From NCBI GenBank assembly GCA_964558905.1, contig CAZLGP010000178.1, positions 44,339 through 108,338 of the forward strand: a stretch of DNA of 64,000 nt, in the 5' to 3' direction. The notes beneath the pieces were generated by a model. The model was not told where the DNA came from, ran no database searches, and saw only the letters and a list, made by a program, of their open reading frames with translations. The translations under genes were made by a program, and so were the position numbers. This stretch comes from an uncultured Thermoanaerobaculia bacterium. GTDB lineage: Bacteria > Acidobacteriota > Thermoanaerobaculia > Gp7-AA8. Shown here piece by piece: positions 54,037 to 64,000 of the stretch; position 1 is the stretch's first letter, and the number at the start of each line of letters is the position of its first letter.

Positions 54037-54717
54037 ATGGACAGCGTCACTTCACAGATGCCCCTCCTCGTGTTCCTGGTGATCGGGACGATCGCCGTCG
54101 CGTCGTCGATTCTCGTCGTGGCGATGCGCAATCCCGTTCACTCCGCGCTCTTCCTGCTGCTGACGTTCCTCTGCGTGGCGGTGCTCTTCGTCATCAAGTC
54201 CGCGGAGTTCGTCGCGGCCGTGCAGGTGCTCGTCTATGCGGGCGGCATCATGGTCCTGTTTCTGTTCGTGGTGATGCTGATCAACTACCGGCATCTGCCC
54301 GAGGAGCGGGTGATGTCGAAGGTGTGGCTCGGCGGAATCGGCGTCGGCCTGGCGGTCTTCGTCCTCTTCTTCTTCCTCGTGCGCAACGGTACCTACGCCG
54401 AACAGGTGCCGGACGCGGCGAAGAAGCTCGGCACGGTGACCGAGACGTATCTCACGGAGCACCCGAGCGACCCGAGCAAGATGGTCCGGCGCACCCGCGA
54501 GCGCGAGAACCGGAACTCCGAGGCTCTGGGGATGGCCCTGTATCGCGACTATCTCGTGCCGTTCGAGGTCGTATCGCTGTTCCTGCTCGTGGCCATGATC
54601 GGCGCGATCGTCATCGGCAAGCGGGAGTTGTCCGCCGAGGAGGAGGAGGCCACGCCGCACTTCATCCTCGAGAGGGCGGAAGTGGAGAAGGAAGTGAAGG
54701 AGGCCATGAATGCCTAG
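54037..54717 (+). CDS. nuoJ: NADH-quinone oxidoreductase subunit J
   Basis: NPVHSALFLLLTFLCVAVLFV...AEFVAAVQVLVYAGGIMVLFLFVVML is the NuoJ/ND6 signature. Confidence 0.9.
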   Translation: MDSVTSQMPLLVFLVIGTIAVASSILVVAMRNPVHSALFLLLTFLCVAVLFVIKSAEFVAAVQVLVYAGGIMVLFLFVVMLINYRHLPEERVMSKVWLGGIGVGLAVFVLFFFLVRNGTYAEQVPDAAKKLGTVTETYLTEHPSDPSKMVRRTRERENRNSEALGMALYRDYLVPFEVVSLFLLVAMIGAIVIGKRELSAEEEEATPHFILERAEVEKEVKEAMNA

Positions 54718-54723
54718 CCGCGG

Positions 54724-54829
54724 GTCAACTCTGAGCCGCGCAGCGGGGAAGAGTCAGGTGAGCCCACTGGAGGCCCGTGGTTTTGCACCTCGTGAGGGCT
54801 CCCTTGATCCTTCGCTTCGCTCAGGATTG
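54724..54829. repeat. Family E long hairpin element, copy E2, in the nuoJ-nuoK junction
   Basis: Left arm gtcaactctgagccgcgcagcggggaagagtcaggtgagccc. Right arm gagggctcccttgatccttcgcttcgctcaggattg. Followed by GGGGAGG and the nuoK ATG at 54843. Confidence 0.85.
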
Positions 54830-54842
54830 CGGGGAGGCTCCC

Positions 54843-55145
54843 ATGCCTAGCACCGCCCAATACCTGATGCTCTCCGGCACTCTGTTCGCGGTCGGTCTGG
54901 TCGGTGTGATCGTCCGCCGGAACATGATCACGGTGCTGATGTGCATCGAGCTGATGCTCAATGCCGTGAACATCAATCTCGTGGCCTTCGCCCATCGCCT
55001 GGCGGACCTGCAGGGGCAGGTCTTCACCGTGTTCGTGATCACGATCGCGGCCGGCGAGGCGGCGGTCGGCCTGGCCATCATCATCCAGTTGTACCGGATG
55101 CGGTCGACGATCAACGTGGACGAGGTCAAGACGCTCCATGGATAG
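54843..55145 (+). CDS. nuoK: NADH-quinone oxidoreductase subunit K
   Basis: From ATG 54843: [40 protein letters not shown]...[13 protein letters not shown] is the NuoK/ND4L signature. Confidence 0.95.
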   Translation: MPSTAQYLMLSGTLFAVGLVGVIVRRNMITVLMCIELMLNAVNINLVAFAHRLADLQGQVFTVFVITIAAGEAAVGLAIIIQLYRMRSTINVDEVKTLHG

Positions 55146-55153
55146 CCGCCGAA

Positions 55154-55256
55154 ATACTCTGAAGAGCGAAGCGAAGAAGAGTCAGCGGAGCCCCCGCGTG
55201 GCCTGTGGCTCGGGTGTCGAGAGGGCCCCCTTGATCCTTCGCTTCGCTCAGGATTG
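55154..55256. repeat. Family E long hairpin element, copy E3, in the nuoK-nuoL junction
   Basis: Left arm atactctgaagagcgaagcgaagaagagtcagcggagccccc. Right arm gagggcccccttgatccttcgcttcgctcaggattg, ending 3 nt before the nuoL ATG at 55260. Confidence 0.85.
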
Positions 55257-55259
55257 ACC

Positions 55260-57416
<2,157 letters not shown>

Positions 57417-57433
57417 AGGGGAGAGACGAGTCG

Positions 57434-59032
57434 ATGGATCCGATACTGAACATCATTACCTACATTCCGCTGGTCGGCGCGCTGGTGATCCTGTTCTTCG
57501 TGAACAAGAACAGCACGCGCGCGATCCGGATGATGGCCACGGGAACGGCGGTCGTGGATTTCATCGTCTCGCTCTATCTGTGGTTCAACTTCGATCCGAA
57601 CAAGCTGTGGCAGTTCGAGTTCAAGGTGTCGTGGATCCCATCCCTTGGCGTGGACTATCACTTCGGTGTGGACGGAATCGCCATCCTGCTGATCCTCATG
57701 ACGACCTTCATGGGGATCATCGCCATCGTCTCCTCCTACAGCGCCATCCATCACCGCGAGAAAGAGTATTACGTGCTCCTACTCATGCTGCAGACCGGCA
57801 TGATCGGCACGTTCTGCGCGCTGGACTTCTTCCTCTTCTACGTGTTCTGGGAAATCATGCTCGTGCCGATGTACTTCATCATCGGCATCTGGGGCGGCGC
57901 TCGGAAGCTCTACGCCGCGATCAAGTTCTTCCTGTATACGCTCGCCGGATCGGTGCTCATGCTGCTCTCGATCCTGGCGTTGTTCTTCTTCAATGACGGC
58001 GGCATCCCCTTCCTCAACATCGCCGGACTCGGGAACCCCGGCACCTTCAGCGTGCTCCAGTTCCACGAGGTCGGCCACCTGATCCCGGCGGCATTGCAGT
58101 TCTGGATCTTCCTCGGCTTCTTCTTCGGCTTCGCCATCAAGGTGCCGATGTTCCCGTTCCATACGTGGCTGCCCGACGCCCACGTCGAGGCGCCCACGGC
58201 CGGCTCGATCATCCTCGCCGCCGTTCTCCTCAAGATGGGGACCTACGGGTTCGTGCGGTTCGCGCTGCCGATCCTTCCGGACGCGACGAAGCAGCTTCTC
58301 GTGCCGGTGGCCGTGTTGTCAGTCATCGGGATCATCTACGGCGCGCTCGTGTCGCTCGTCCAGAAGGACATGAAGAAGCTCGTCGCGTACTCCTCGGTGT
58401 CGCACCTCGGATTCGTCATGCTCGGCCTGTTCGCGCTCAATCCCGCCGGCATCCAGGGATCGGTCATTCAGATGATCAATCACGGCATCTCCACCGGCGC
58501 GCTCTTCCTTCTCGTCGGCATGATCTACGAGCGCCGGCATACGAGGATGATCGCGGACTATGGCGGCCTCGCCAAACAGATGCCCATGTATGCGACGCTG
58601 TTCCTCATTGCGGCCCTATCCTCGATGGGCTTGCCGGGGCTGAATGGGTTCATCGGCGAGTTCACGATCCTGCTCGGCACCGCGAGCTCCAGCGCCTACG
58701 GCACGATCGCCTACGCCGTGTTCGCCGCGGTCGGCATCGTCCTCGGCGCCGCGTATCTCCTCTGGCTCTATCAGCGCGTTTTTTGGGGGCCGATCGACAA
58801 TCCGGCGAATGCCGTCCTGAAGGACGTCAATCGGCGCGAGCTCGGAATGATGCTCGCTCTAATCGTCCTGATGGTGTGGATCGGCGTCTACCCGAAGCCG
58901 CTCTTCGATTTCATTGCAAAGCCGGTCGACTACGTCGTGCAGAAGGTCGATCCCGGATACTTCGAGAGGCAGCCGGTCACGTACCCGGCGTCGCCGGCTC
59001 CCGTTGAGCACCACGAGGTCGCCGCGAAATGA
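57434..59032 (+). CDS. nuoM: NADH-quinone oxidoreductase subunit M
   Basis: From ATG 57434: FYVFWEIMLVPMYFIIGIWGG, KVPMFPFHTWLPDAHVEAPTAGSIILAAVLLKMGTYG. Confidence 0.95.
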   Translation: MDPILNIITYIPLVGALVILFFVNKNSTRAIRMMATGTAVVDFIVSLYLWFNFDPNKLWQFEFKVSWIPSLGVDYHFGVDGIAILLILMTTFMGIIAIVSSYSAIHHREKEYYVLLLMLQTGMIGTFCALDFFLFYVFWEIMLVPMYFIIGIWGGARKLYAAIKFFLYTLAGSVLMLLSILALFFFNDGGIPFLNIAGLGNPGTFSVLQFHEVGHLIPAALQFWIFLGFFFGFAIKVPMFPFHTWLPDAHVEAPTAGSIILAAVLLKMGTYGFVRFALPILPDATKQLLVPVAVLSVIGIIYGALVSLVQKDMKKLVAYSSVSHLGFVMLGLFALNPAGIQGSVIQMINHGISTGALFLLVGMIYERRHTRMIADYGGLAKQMPMYATLFLIAALSSMGLPGLNGFIGEFTILLGTASSSAYGTIAYAVFAAVGIVLGAAYLLWLYQRVFWGPIDNPANAVLKDVNRRELGMMLALIVLMVWIGVYPKPLFDFIAKPVDYVVQKVDPGYFERQPVTYPASPAPVEHHEVAAK

Positions 59033-60501
59033 CCTGGAGCGACGTCGTCTACCTCCTGCCGGAGATCGTGATTGCGATCGGTGCATGCGTGCTGCTCATC
59101 GCGCCGGTGACGGGATTCCGGCGATTCGCGTCGGCGAAGTGGACGATGCTCGCGCTGCTGGGGATCACGGCCGTGGCGGTCGTCGTCTGTTCCCGGGTGG
59201 TGGTGGATCTCCCCCAGACCGCGGGCTTTGCCTCGATGTTCGTGCTCGACGGCTTTGCGATCTTCTTCAAGCTCCTCTTCATCGTCACCATCGCCATGGT
59301 CACGCTGCTGTCGGATGACTTTTTCCGCGGTACGCGGTACTCGCCGTGGGAGTACTACTCGCTGCTGGCGTTTGCCCTCTGCGGCATGTTGTTCATGGTC
59401 AGCGGCATTCATCTGGCGTCGATCTACGTCGGCCTCGAGCTGATGTCACTGTCGAGCTACATCCTGGCCGGATACTTCAAGAACGAGCAGAAGAGCACCG
59501 AGGCGGCGATGAAATACTTCATCCTCGGGGCGGTGAGCTCGGCGATTCTGCTCTACGGCATCTCCCTCATCTACGGCGTCACCGGGTCGCTGAGTCTCGT
59601 GGACATCGCCAACTCGATGTCGACGCTGATGACGAACGACGCGCTGATGTTCGGGATCATGCTTCTCGGCGCCGGACTGTGCTTCAAGATCGCGGCCGTC
59701 CCGTTTCACGTCTGGACGCCCGATGTCTATGAAGGTGCGCCGACGCCGGTGACCGCTTTCCTATCGACCGCGTCCAAGGCCGCGGCGTTCGCGATCTTCG
59801 CGCGCATCTTCTATGTCGGGCTGCATCACTTCCACCTCGACTGGCAGTACGTCCTGGCGGCGATCGCTGCCCTGTCGATGATCCTCGGCAACCTCGCGGC
59901 GATCACCCAGGACAGCGTCAAGCGCATGCTCGCGTACTCGTCGATCGCCCACGCCGGATACGTCCTGCTGGGCATCCTCGCCGTCAGCGAGATGGGCCTG
60001 TACGGCATCCTCGTCTACTCCGTCGTCTACGTGTTCGCGACGCTCGGCATCTGGGCCACGGTGCTGATGCTCGAGCGGCACGAGTATGCGGGCGAGGCGG
60101 TGAACGACTTCGACGGTCTGCACAAGCGGGCACCGTTTTACGCGTTTGCGATGGTCGTCTTTCTCCTCTCGCTGGGCGGCATCCCCCCGACGGCGGGCTT
60201 CATCGGCAAGTACTTCCTCTTCTATGCCGCGGTCGGCGCGGGTTTCGGCTGGCTGGCGATCATCGCGGTTCTGATGTCCGCCGTCTCGGTGTTCTTCTAC
60301 TTCCGCCTGGTGATGGCGATGTACCTCAAAGAGGGACGCGAGGCGGTGGTGACAGGCGGTGGAGCGCTGAAGTTCGTGGTCGCGGTGGCGCTCGTCGTCA
60401 CGCTGTTCTTCGGCGTCCTGCCGTCGCTCCTGATCGACCAGGCGAAAGACTCCGGCGGTTGGGTGGCCTCGCGCGTGGCCGCGGTCGTCCCCGGGCAATA
60501 G
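59029..60501 (+). CDS. nuoN: NADH-quinone oxidoreductase subunit N
   Basis: ATGA overlap with nuoM. GLELMSLSSYILAG, KIAAVPFHVWTPDVYEGAPTPVTAFLS. Confidence 0.95.
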   Translation: MTWSDVVYLLPEIVIAIGACVLLIAPVTGFRRFASAKWTMLALLGITAVAVVVCSRVVVDLPQTAGFASMFVLDGFAIFFKLLFIVTIAMVTLLSDDFFRGTRYSPWEYYSLLAFALCGMLFMVSGIHLASIYVGLELMSLSSYILAGYFKNEQKSTEAAMKYFILGAVSSAILLYGISLIYGVTGSLSLVDIANSMSTLMTNDALMFGIMLLGAGLCFKIAAVPFHVWTPDVYEGAPTPVTAFLSTASKAAAFAIFARIFYVGLHHFHLDWQYVLAAIAALSMILGNLAAITQDSVKRMLAYSSIAHAGYVLLGILAVSEMGLYGILVYSVVYVFATLGIWATVLMLERHEYAGEAVNDFDGLHKRAPFYAFAMVVFLLSLGGIPPTAGFIGKYFLFYAAVGAGFGWLAIIAVLMSAVSVFFYFRLVMAMYLKEGREAVVTGGGALKFVVAVALVVTLFFGVLPSLLIDQAKDSGGWVASRVAAVVPGQ

Positions 60502-60504
60502 CCG

Positions 60505-60717
60505 GTGATGGACGAGAAGGACCGGCGCGAGTACCGCAAGCTGTTCGAGGCCTCGGCCCTGGCCTGGATGTTCCCGATCTCCATCGGCCTCGGTGCGCTG
60601 TGGGGGTGGGGGATGGACAGGCTGTTCGGGACGTCTCCGTGGCTGACGGCGATCTTCGCGCTCCTCGGCCTTGCCGCGGCGTTCATTCATCTCTTCCGCA
60701 TCGGCCTCCGAGGATGA
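60505..60717 (+). CDS. atpZ: AtpZ/AtpI family small membrane protein
   Basis: Starts 3 nt after the nuoN stop (GTG 60505 / ATG 60508). Two TM segments. ALAWMFPISIGLGALWGWGMDRLFGTSPWLTAIFALLG resembles the AtpZ family. Confidence 0.65.
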   Translation: MMDEKDRREYRKLFEASALAWMFPISIGLGALWGWGMDRLFGTSPWLTAIFALLGLAAAFIHLFRIGLRG

Positions 60718-61118
60718 CCGACGAACCTCCCTGGTACGACCGTGAGACGCCCCGCGACGTGCTGCGGAGGATCAAGCGGACGGCGCTGGCGGCGGCGGCC
60801 GTATTCGCGGTTTTCAGCGCGATTACAGGCGGTTTTCGGGGGTTTCTCGGGTTGACTTGCAGTGCAGCCGTCACTATGATCAGCTTCCTTTGGCTGGAGG
60901 AGATCGTCGATGTTCTCCTCCAGCCGGCGGCACACCTGCACGCTCGGAGGCTGACGTTGCGCACCCTGGCGCGCTTTGTTCTCCTCGGTGTGGCGCTCAC
61001 GGTCACGATCATCATTGCTCGTTTCAACGCTGTTAGTGTGTTGCTGGGATTCTCGATCATCGTGGTGGGAATCTGCGGCGAAGCTGTGTACTCCCTGTAC
61101 CGCAGTCTCGCCGGTTGA
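60714..61118 (+). CDS. atpI: ATP synthase protein I-like membrane protein
   Basis: ATGA overlap with the previous gene. Four hydrophobic segments, and the position immediately upstream of atpB is typical for AtpI. No strong sequence motif. Confidence 0.5.
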   Translation: MTDEPPWYDRETPRDVLRRIKRTALAAAAVFAVFSAITGGFRGFLGLTCSAAVTMISFLWLEEIVDVLLQPAAHLHARRLTLRTLARFVLLGVALTVTIIIARFNAVSVLLGFSIIVVGICGEAVYSLYRSLAG

Positions 61119-61135
61119 GAGGTCGCTCGAGGTCA

Positions 61136-61837
61136 ATGGAACACCATCATTCAATTCTGTACGAGCCGGTGAATCGCCTGCTGGAGCGGCTCTTTCACAT
61201 TCACGCGCCCGACCACGTCATCATGGCGGCGCTGGTCCTGCTGCTGAGCTGCATCGTCTTCCCGCTGGTGTCGCGCCGGATCAGCCGCGACAACCCCAGC
61301 GGCTTCCAGCATTTTCTCGAGCTGATCGTCGGCGGGCTGAAGGACCTGCTCGAGGACATCGTCGGGCACGGCGCCTCGAAGAAGTATCTCTACATCATCG
61401 GAGGGTTCGCCAGCTTCATCTTCATGTCGAACATCTTCGGTCTGTTCTTCTTCCTGCAGCCGCCGACCGGCAATCCCAATACGACCTTCGGCCTCGCCCT
61501 GACCGCCTTCCTCTACTACAACTGGCAGGGCATCAAGACGCAGGGCCTCGGGCACTACATCAAGCACTTCATGGGGCCGATGCCGCTGCTCGCGCCGCTG
61601 ATGTTCCCGATCGAGTTGATCGGTCACTTCGCGCGCATCCTGTCGCTGGGCATGCGGTTGTTCGGGAACATCTTCGGTGAGCACACCGCCACCGGGATCT
61701 TCATGGGCATGCTGCCGTTCGTCATTCCCTGGCCGATGATGGGCCTGGGGATCTTCGGCGCGTTCCTGCAGACGTTCGTCTTCATCATGTTGACGATGGT
61801 GTACATCGGTGGCGCCGTCGCGACGGAAGAGCACTAG
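61136..61837 (+). CDS. atpB: F0F1 ATP synthase subunit a
   Basis: ARILSLGMRLFGNIFGEH (essential Arg in the R-L-F-G-N motif) and FVFIMLTMVYIGGA. Alternative TTG start at 61115. Confidence 0.9.
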   Translation: MEHHHSILYEPVNRLLERLFHIHAPDHVIMAALVLLLSCIVFPLVSRRISRDNPSGFQHFLELIVGGLKDLLEDIVGHGASKKYLYIIGGFASFIFMSNIFGLFFFLQPPTGNPNTTFGLALTAFLYYNWQGIKTQGLGHYIKHFMGPMPLLAPLMFPIELIGHFARILSLGMRLFGNIFGEHTATGIFMGMLPFVIPWPMMGLGIFGAFLQTFVFIMLTMVYIGGAVATEEH

Positions 61838-61884
61838 TTTCGTAGAGACCTACGGGTTCGTACATTCAAAGGAGGGAGTATCAA

Positions 61885-62196
61885 GTGACCAAGAAGCACA
61901 TCATCCTGTTCGTGCTCCTCGCGCTGACCGCGTTCTCCGCGTTCGGCCAGGATGCACCGGCCGCGCCGGGCACGGGCGTCCGATGGGGCGTCATCGGCGC
62001 CGCGTTCGTCCTCGGCATCGCCGCCGCGGCCGGTGCCATGGGGCAGTCCCGGGCGATCGTCGCGGCCTGCGACGGCATCGCCCGCAATCCCGGCGCCGCC
62101 GGCGCGATCCGTCTGGCGATGATCATCGGTCTCGCGCTCATTGAGTCGCTGGTCATCTACGCGCTGCTGATCGCGTTCTTCGTCTACCAGCTCTGA
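61885..62196 (+). CDS. atpE: F0F1 ATP synthase subunit c with N-terminal signal-like extension
   Basis: GTG start with AAGGAGGGAG upstream. Hairpin core GAMGQSRAIVAACDGIARNPGAAGAIRLAMIIGLALIESLVIYALLIAFF (R-N-P loop, carboxylate Glu). Preceded by MTKKHIILFVLLALTAFSAFG. Confidence 0.9.
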   Translation: MTKKHIILFVLLALTAFSAFGQDAPAAPGTGVRWGVIGAAFVLGIAAAAGAMGQSRAIVAACDGIARNPGAAGAIRLAMIIGLALIESLVIYALLIAFFVYQL

Positions 62197-62225
62197 GACG
62201 ACGAATCGGCTTCACGCCAGATCGG

Positions 62226-62257
62226 AAGAGCCCGGCATCCGCCGGGCTCTTTTGCGT
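62226..62257 (+). terminator. Rho-independent terminator after atpE
   Basis: aagagcccggc atcc gccgggctctt followed by ttgcgtt: 11-bp stem, 4-nt loop, short U-rich tail. Confidence 0.7.
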
Positions 62258-62300
62258 TCCGGCAGCGGATTTGCTGAGTCAGCTCTCCGGAGGTACGGCT

Positions 62301-62468
62301 GTGAACTGGTTCAACCTGTCGTTCATCGGATGGCTGATCGTGATCATCGCCCTGGGGCTGGTCGCGTACCGCTACGACGTCCCGCCGTTCTGGATCGGCA
62401 TCGGGGCGCTGCTCCTCGTCGGCGTCGGCATCATCACGTCGGTGAAGCACTCGAAGCCACGCATCTGA
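62301..62468 (+). CDS. Hypothetical small two-TM membrane protein (55 aa)
   Basis: GGAGGT lies 6 nt upstream of GTG 62301. VNWFNLSFIGWLIVIIALGLVAYRYDVPPFWIGIGALLLVGVGIITSV. No homolog recognised. Confidence 0.35.
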   Translation: MNWFNLSFIGWLIVIIALGLVAYRYDVPPFWIGIGALLLVGVGIITSVKHSKPRI

Positions 62469-62549
62469 GCCGTAGGCGGTGGAGCGTGACGGACGACCGG
62501 CTGATTCCGGGCTGGCGATCGTCGCGGTATCGCCAAAGGCGACGAGCTG

Positions 62550-62586
62550 AAAAGAAAAAGCCGGTGCGTATTCCGCACCGGCTTTT
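62550..62586. terminator. Bidirectional Rho-independent terminator
   Basis: aaaagaaaaa gccggtgcg tattc cgcaccggc tttt. The A-tract on one side and T-tract on the other mean it can serve the plus-strand small ORF and the minus-strand gene ending at 62610. Confidence 0.7.
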
Positions 62587-62609
62587 CGACGTTTGGTTTT
62601 CGCTTGGCG

Positions 62610-63611
62610 TCAGTGACCGCTCACGAGGCGGCGCACTGCATCGACCGCGGCAGCGGGGGAGACATCGTCTCCGACCTTGATCACGTGCGAATCCGACCAG
62701 TTGCCTTCCTGGAGCATCACGTAACGGACGTGGTCTTCGGCGACTATGTAAAAGGCGAGGCGGTTGCTGTCGCCGTAGACGCCCTCGATGCGGCTGTTGG
62801 CCACCTCCATCGCTGGAGCGCGGAAGCTGCCTTCGCGCTTGCCTCCCGGAACGCGGAGACGTCCGTTGCCGATGATCTTGCGCGGAGTGATGCGCACCTC
62901 GTTGACCGTACCGGTCCGGACATCGCCGAACACGAGCACGACGCTGTCCTGCGTCGGAGTCGTGAAGAGCATGGGCTGGTTCAGGAAGTTCTTGTCGACC
63001 TCCTCGGCCGGCAGGAGGTCGTCCGGCACGAGCTCGGAGAGCTGGAGCGGTTCGAAGTCGACGATCTGGCCGTGTCGAATCGAAGCCATCACGTACTTTG
63101 CCGACTCTCTTCCGGTGGTGGTGTTGAGCTCCCACCAGGCAAGGTGCACGCTGATCCCGGAGCGGAGGTCGCCGTCGTCATCGCGGAACTTCCGCGTCAC
63201 GGCGACTCTGAGGTTCTTCCGTTGGTCGCCCCAGTCGCCGAACGTCGCGGCCGGCGCCCAGACGCCTTCGGCATCGCGCGACGTGAACATGAGCTGGCTG
63301 AGAATCCCGACGTTGCGGAGCCAGAACACGAACAACATTCCGGATTCCGAGTCGTACGCGAGCATCGCGTTGTGGTTGCCGCCGCGGTCCTCGGTGGATG
63401 CGGGAATGACCTCGTGAGTGACGACTTCGCCCTTGCGGGCGGTCAGTTTCAAGTACGCGGACGAGGTGGTAACGACGTCGGGGTGCTCCTCGGCTCGCTC
63501 GAACTGCACCGAGTAGAGGGTTCCGTCGGGCGTGAGCACTGCGTCCGATTGCTGCGCACTCGCGAGCAGCGGGACGAAAAGCAGAGCAACGACTACGATC
63601 AGCTTTTTCAT
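62610..63611 (-). CDS. Hypothetical secreted protein
   Basis: Signal peptide MKKLIVVVALLFVPLLASA. ATG 63611 overlaps the TGA of the upstream TPR gene (ATGA). No motif recognised. Confidence 0.6.
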   Translation of the reverse strand: MKKLIVVVALLFVPLLASAQQSDAVLTPDGTLYSVQFERAEEHPDVVTTSSAYLKLTARKGEVVTHEVIPASTEDRGGNHNAMLAYDSESGMLFVFWLRNVGILSQLMFTSRDAEGVWAPAATFGDWGDQRKNLRVAVTRKFRDDDGDLRSGISVHLAWWELNTTTGRESAKYVMASIRHGQIVDFEPLQLSELVPDDLLPAEEVDKNFLNQPMLFTTPTQDSVVLVFGDVRTGTVNEVRITPRKIIGNGRLRVPGGKREGSFRAPAMEVANSRIEGVYGDSNRLAFYIVAEDHVRYVMLQEGNWSDSHVIKVGDDVSPAAAVDAVRRLVSGH

Positions 63612-64000
63612 AACTTGAGGTTCACCATCGACCGCAGATCGATCGCGTACAACAGGTTTTTCAGGTTGCGGAACTGCGGGTAGAATTTTGAAAGCTCGCT
63701 GAAGTGGAAGTCGGCCCCATCGACGTCGCCCGACTTGTAGCAGGCCTCGCCGAGGAGGTAATGCGCGTTGCGCGTCTGGCGCGGGTCCTTCGCGATCTCG
63801 AGGCCCGCCTGTCCGTAGAACAGAGCCTTCTCGTATTGCCCCTTTTCGATGTAGCCGTAGCAGAGATCGATGTATGCCTCGGCCCGGCCGATCGGATCGT
63901 GCAGGAGCTCGAGAGCCTCGTAGATGCGCGCGAGACCGGTCTCGACTTCGCCCTGCAGGAGCAGGCAGTATCCGAGGTTCTCGAGAGCGTAGCTGTGGCT
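63608..64000 (-). CDS. TPR repeat protein, C-terminal part only (gene runs off the window end)
   Basis: Reverse translation reads ...YALENLGYCLLLQGEVETGLARIYEALELLHDPIGRAEAYIDLCYGYIEKGQYEKALFYGQAGLEIAKDPRQTRNAHYLLGEACYKSGDVDGADFHF...SMVNLKL, stop at 63610-63608. Absent from the ORF track because it is truncated. Confidence 0.6.
   Translation of the reverse strand, partial: SHSYALENLGYCLLLQGEVETGLARIYEALELLHDPIGRAEAYIDLCYGYIEKGQYEKALFYGQAGLEIAKDPRQTRNAHYLLGEACYKSGDVDGADFHFSELSKFYPQFRNLKNLLYAIDLRSMVNLKL

Noticed and set aside
60505-62196. Truncated or pseudogenised ATP synthase operon.
   Set aside because: All four ORFs are intact, with good motifs (Arg in subunit a, Glu in subunit c) and a proper terminator. 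Split atp loci with F0 a/c genes separated from F1 genes are known, so this is more likely a split organisation than decay.

Overview
High-GC bacterial chromosomal segment. Gene content and repeat style suggest a Gram-negative soil lineage such as Acidobacteriota, but that is inference only. I call about 55 protein-coding genes and recognised no rRNA, tRNA, CRISPR array, transposase or integrase. All product names come from motifs read in the supplied translations, not from database searches.

Gene content, left to right:
- Minus-strand operon: giant (~1855 aa) secreted multicopper-oxidase-like protein, then a GT4 glycosyltransferase, then a ChbG/YdjC-like deacetylase.
- BlaR1-like M56 protease with TPR tail, plus a BlaI repressor.
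- Deoxyhypusine-synthase-like gene, and an M28-PDZ-TolB-like fusion peptidase.
- YwiC-like protein, Uma2 endonuclease, alginate-export-like porin, Crp/Fnr regulator, S9 peptidase, ankyrin protein.
- DAACS symporter, ABC exporter and ATP-grasp-like protein as one coupled unit, facing a GT2 gene and a sigma-54 activator.
- Minus-strand string: YjbQ, disulfide oxidoreductase, SodC, lipoprotein.
- Translationally coupled Ser/Thr kinase, TPR-like protein, PLP dehydratase and peptide deformylase.
- Two divergently transcribed membrane pyrophosphatases of different subfamilies.
- PNPOx and PNPOx-GAF pair, BNR protein, two tandem OmpA/glycine-zipper paralogs, MidA methyltransferase, M15 peptidase.
- An 11-gene nuo operon (A B C D H I J K L M N, no nuoEFG), followed 3 nt later by atpZ-atpI-atpB-atpE.

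Most unusual observations:
1. More than 20 hairpin elements from several unrelated sequence families. Most have stems built from tandem 7-8-nt units. They lie at gene ends, in divergent promoter regions, at six cistron junctions inside the nuo operon, and in frame inside three CDSs.
2. NuoB carries a Pro/Ala-linked C-terminal 4-Cys (RnfB/CFeSP-like) domain in a complex I that lacks the NADH-input module.
3. A 171-bp nested palindrome sits in a 520-bp gene-free gap.
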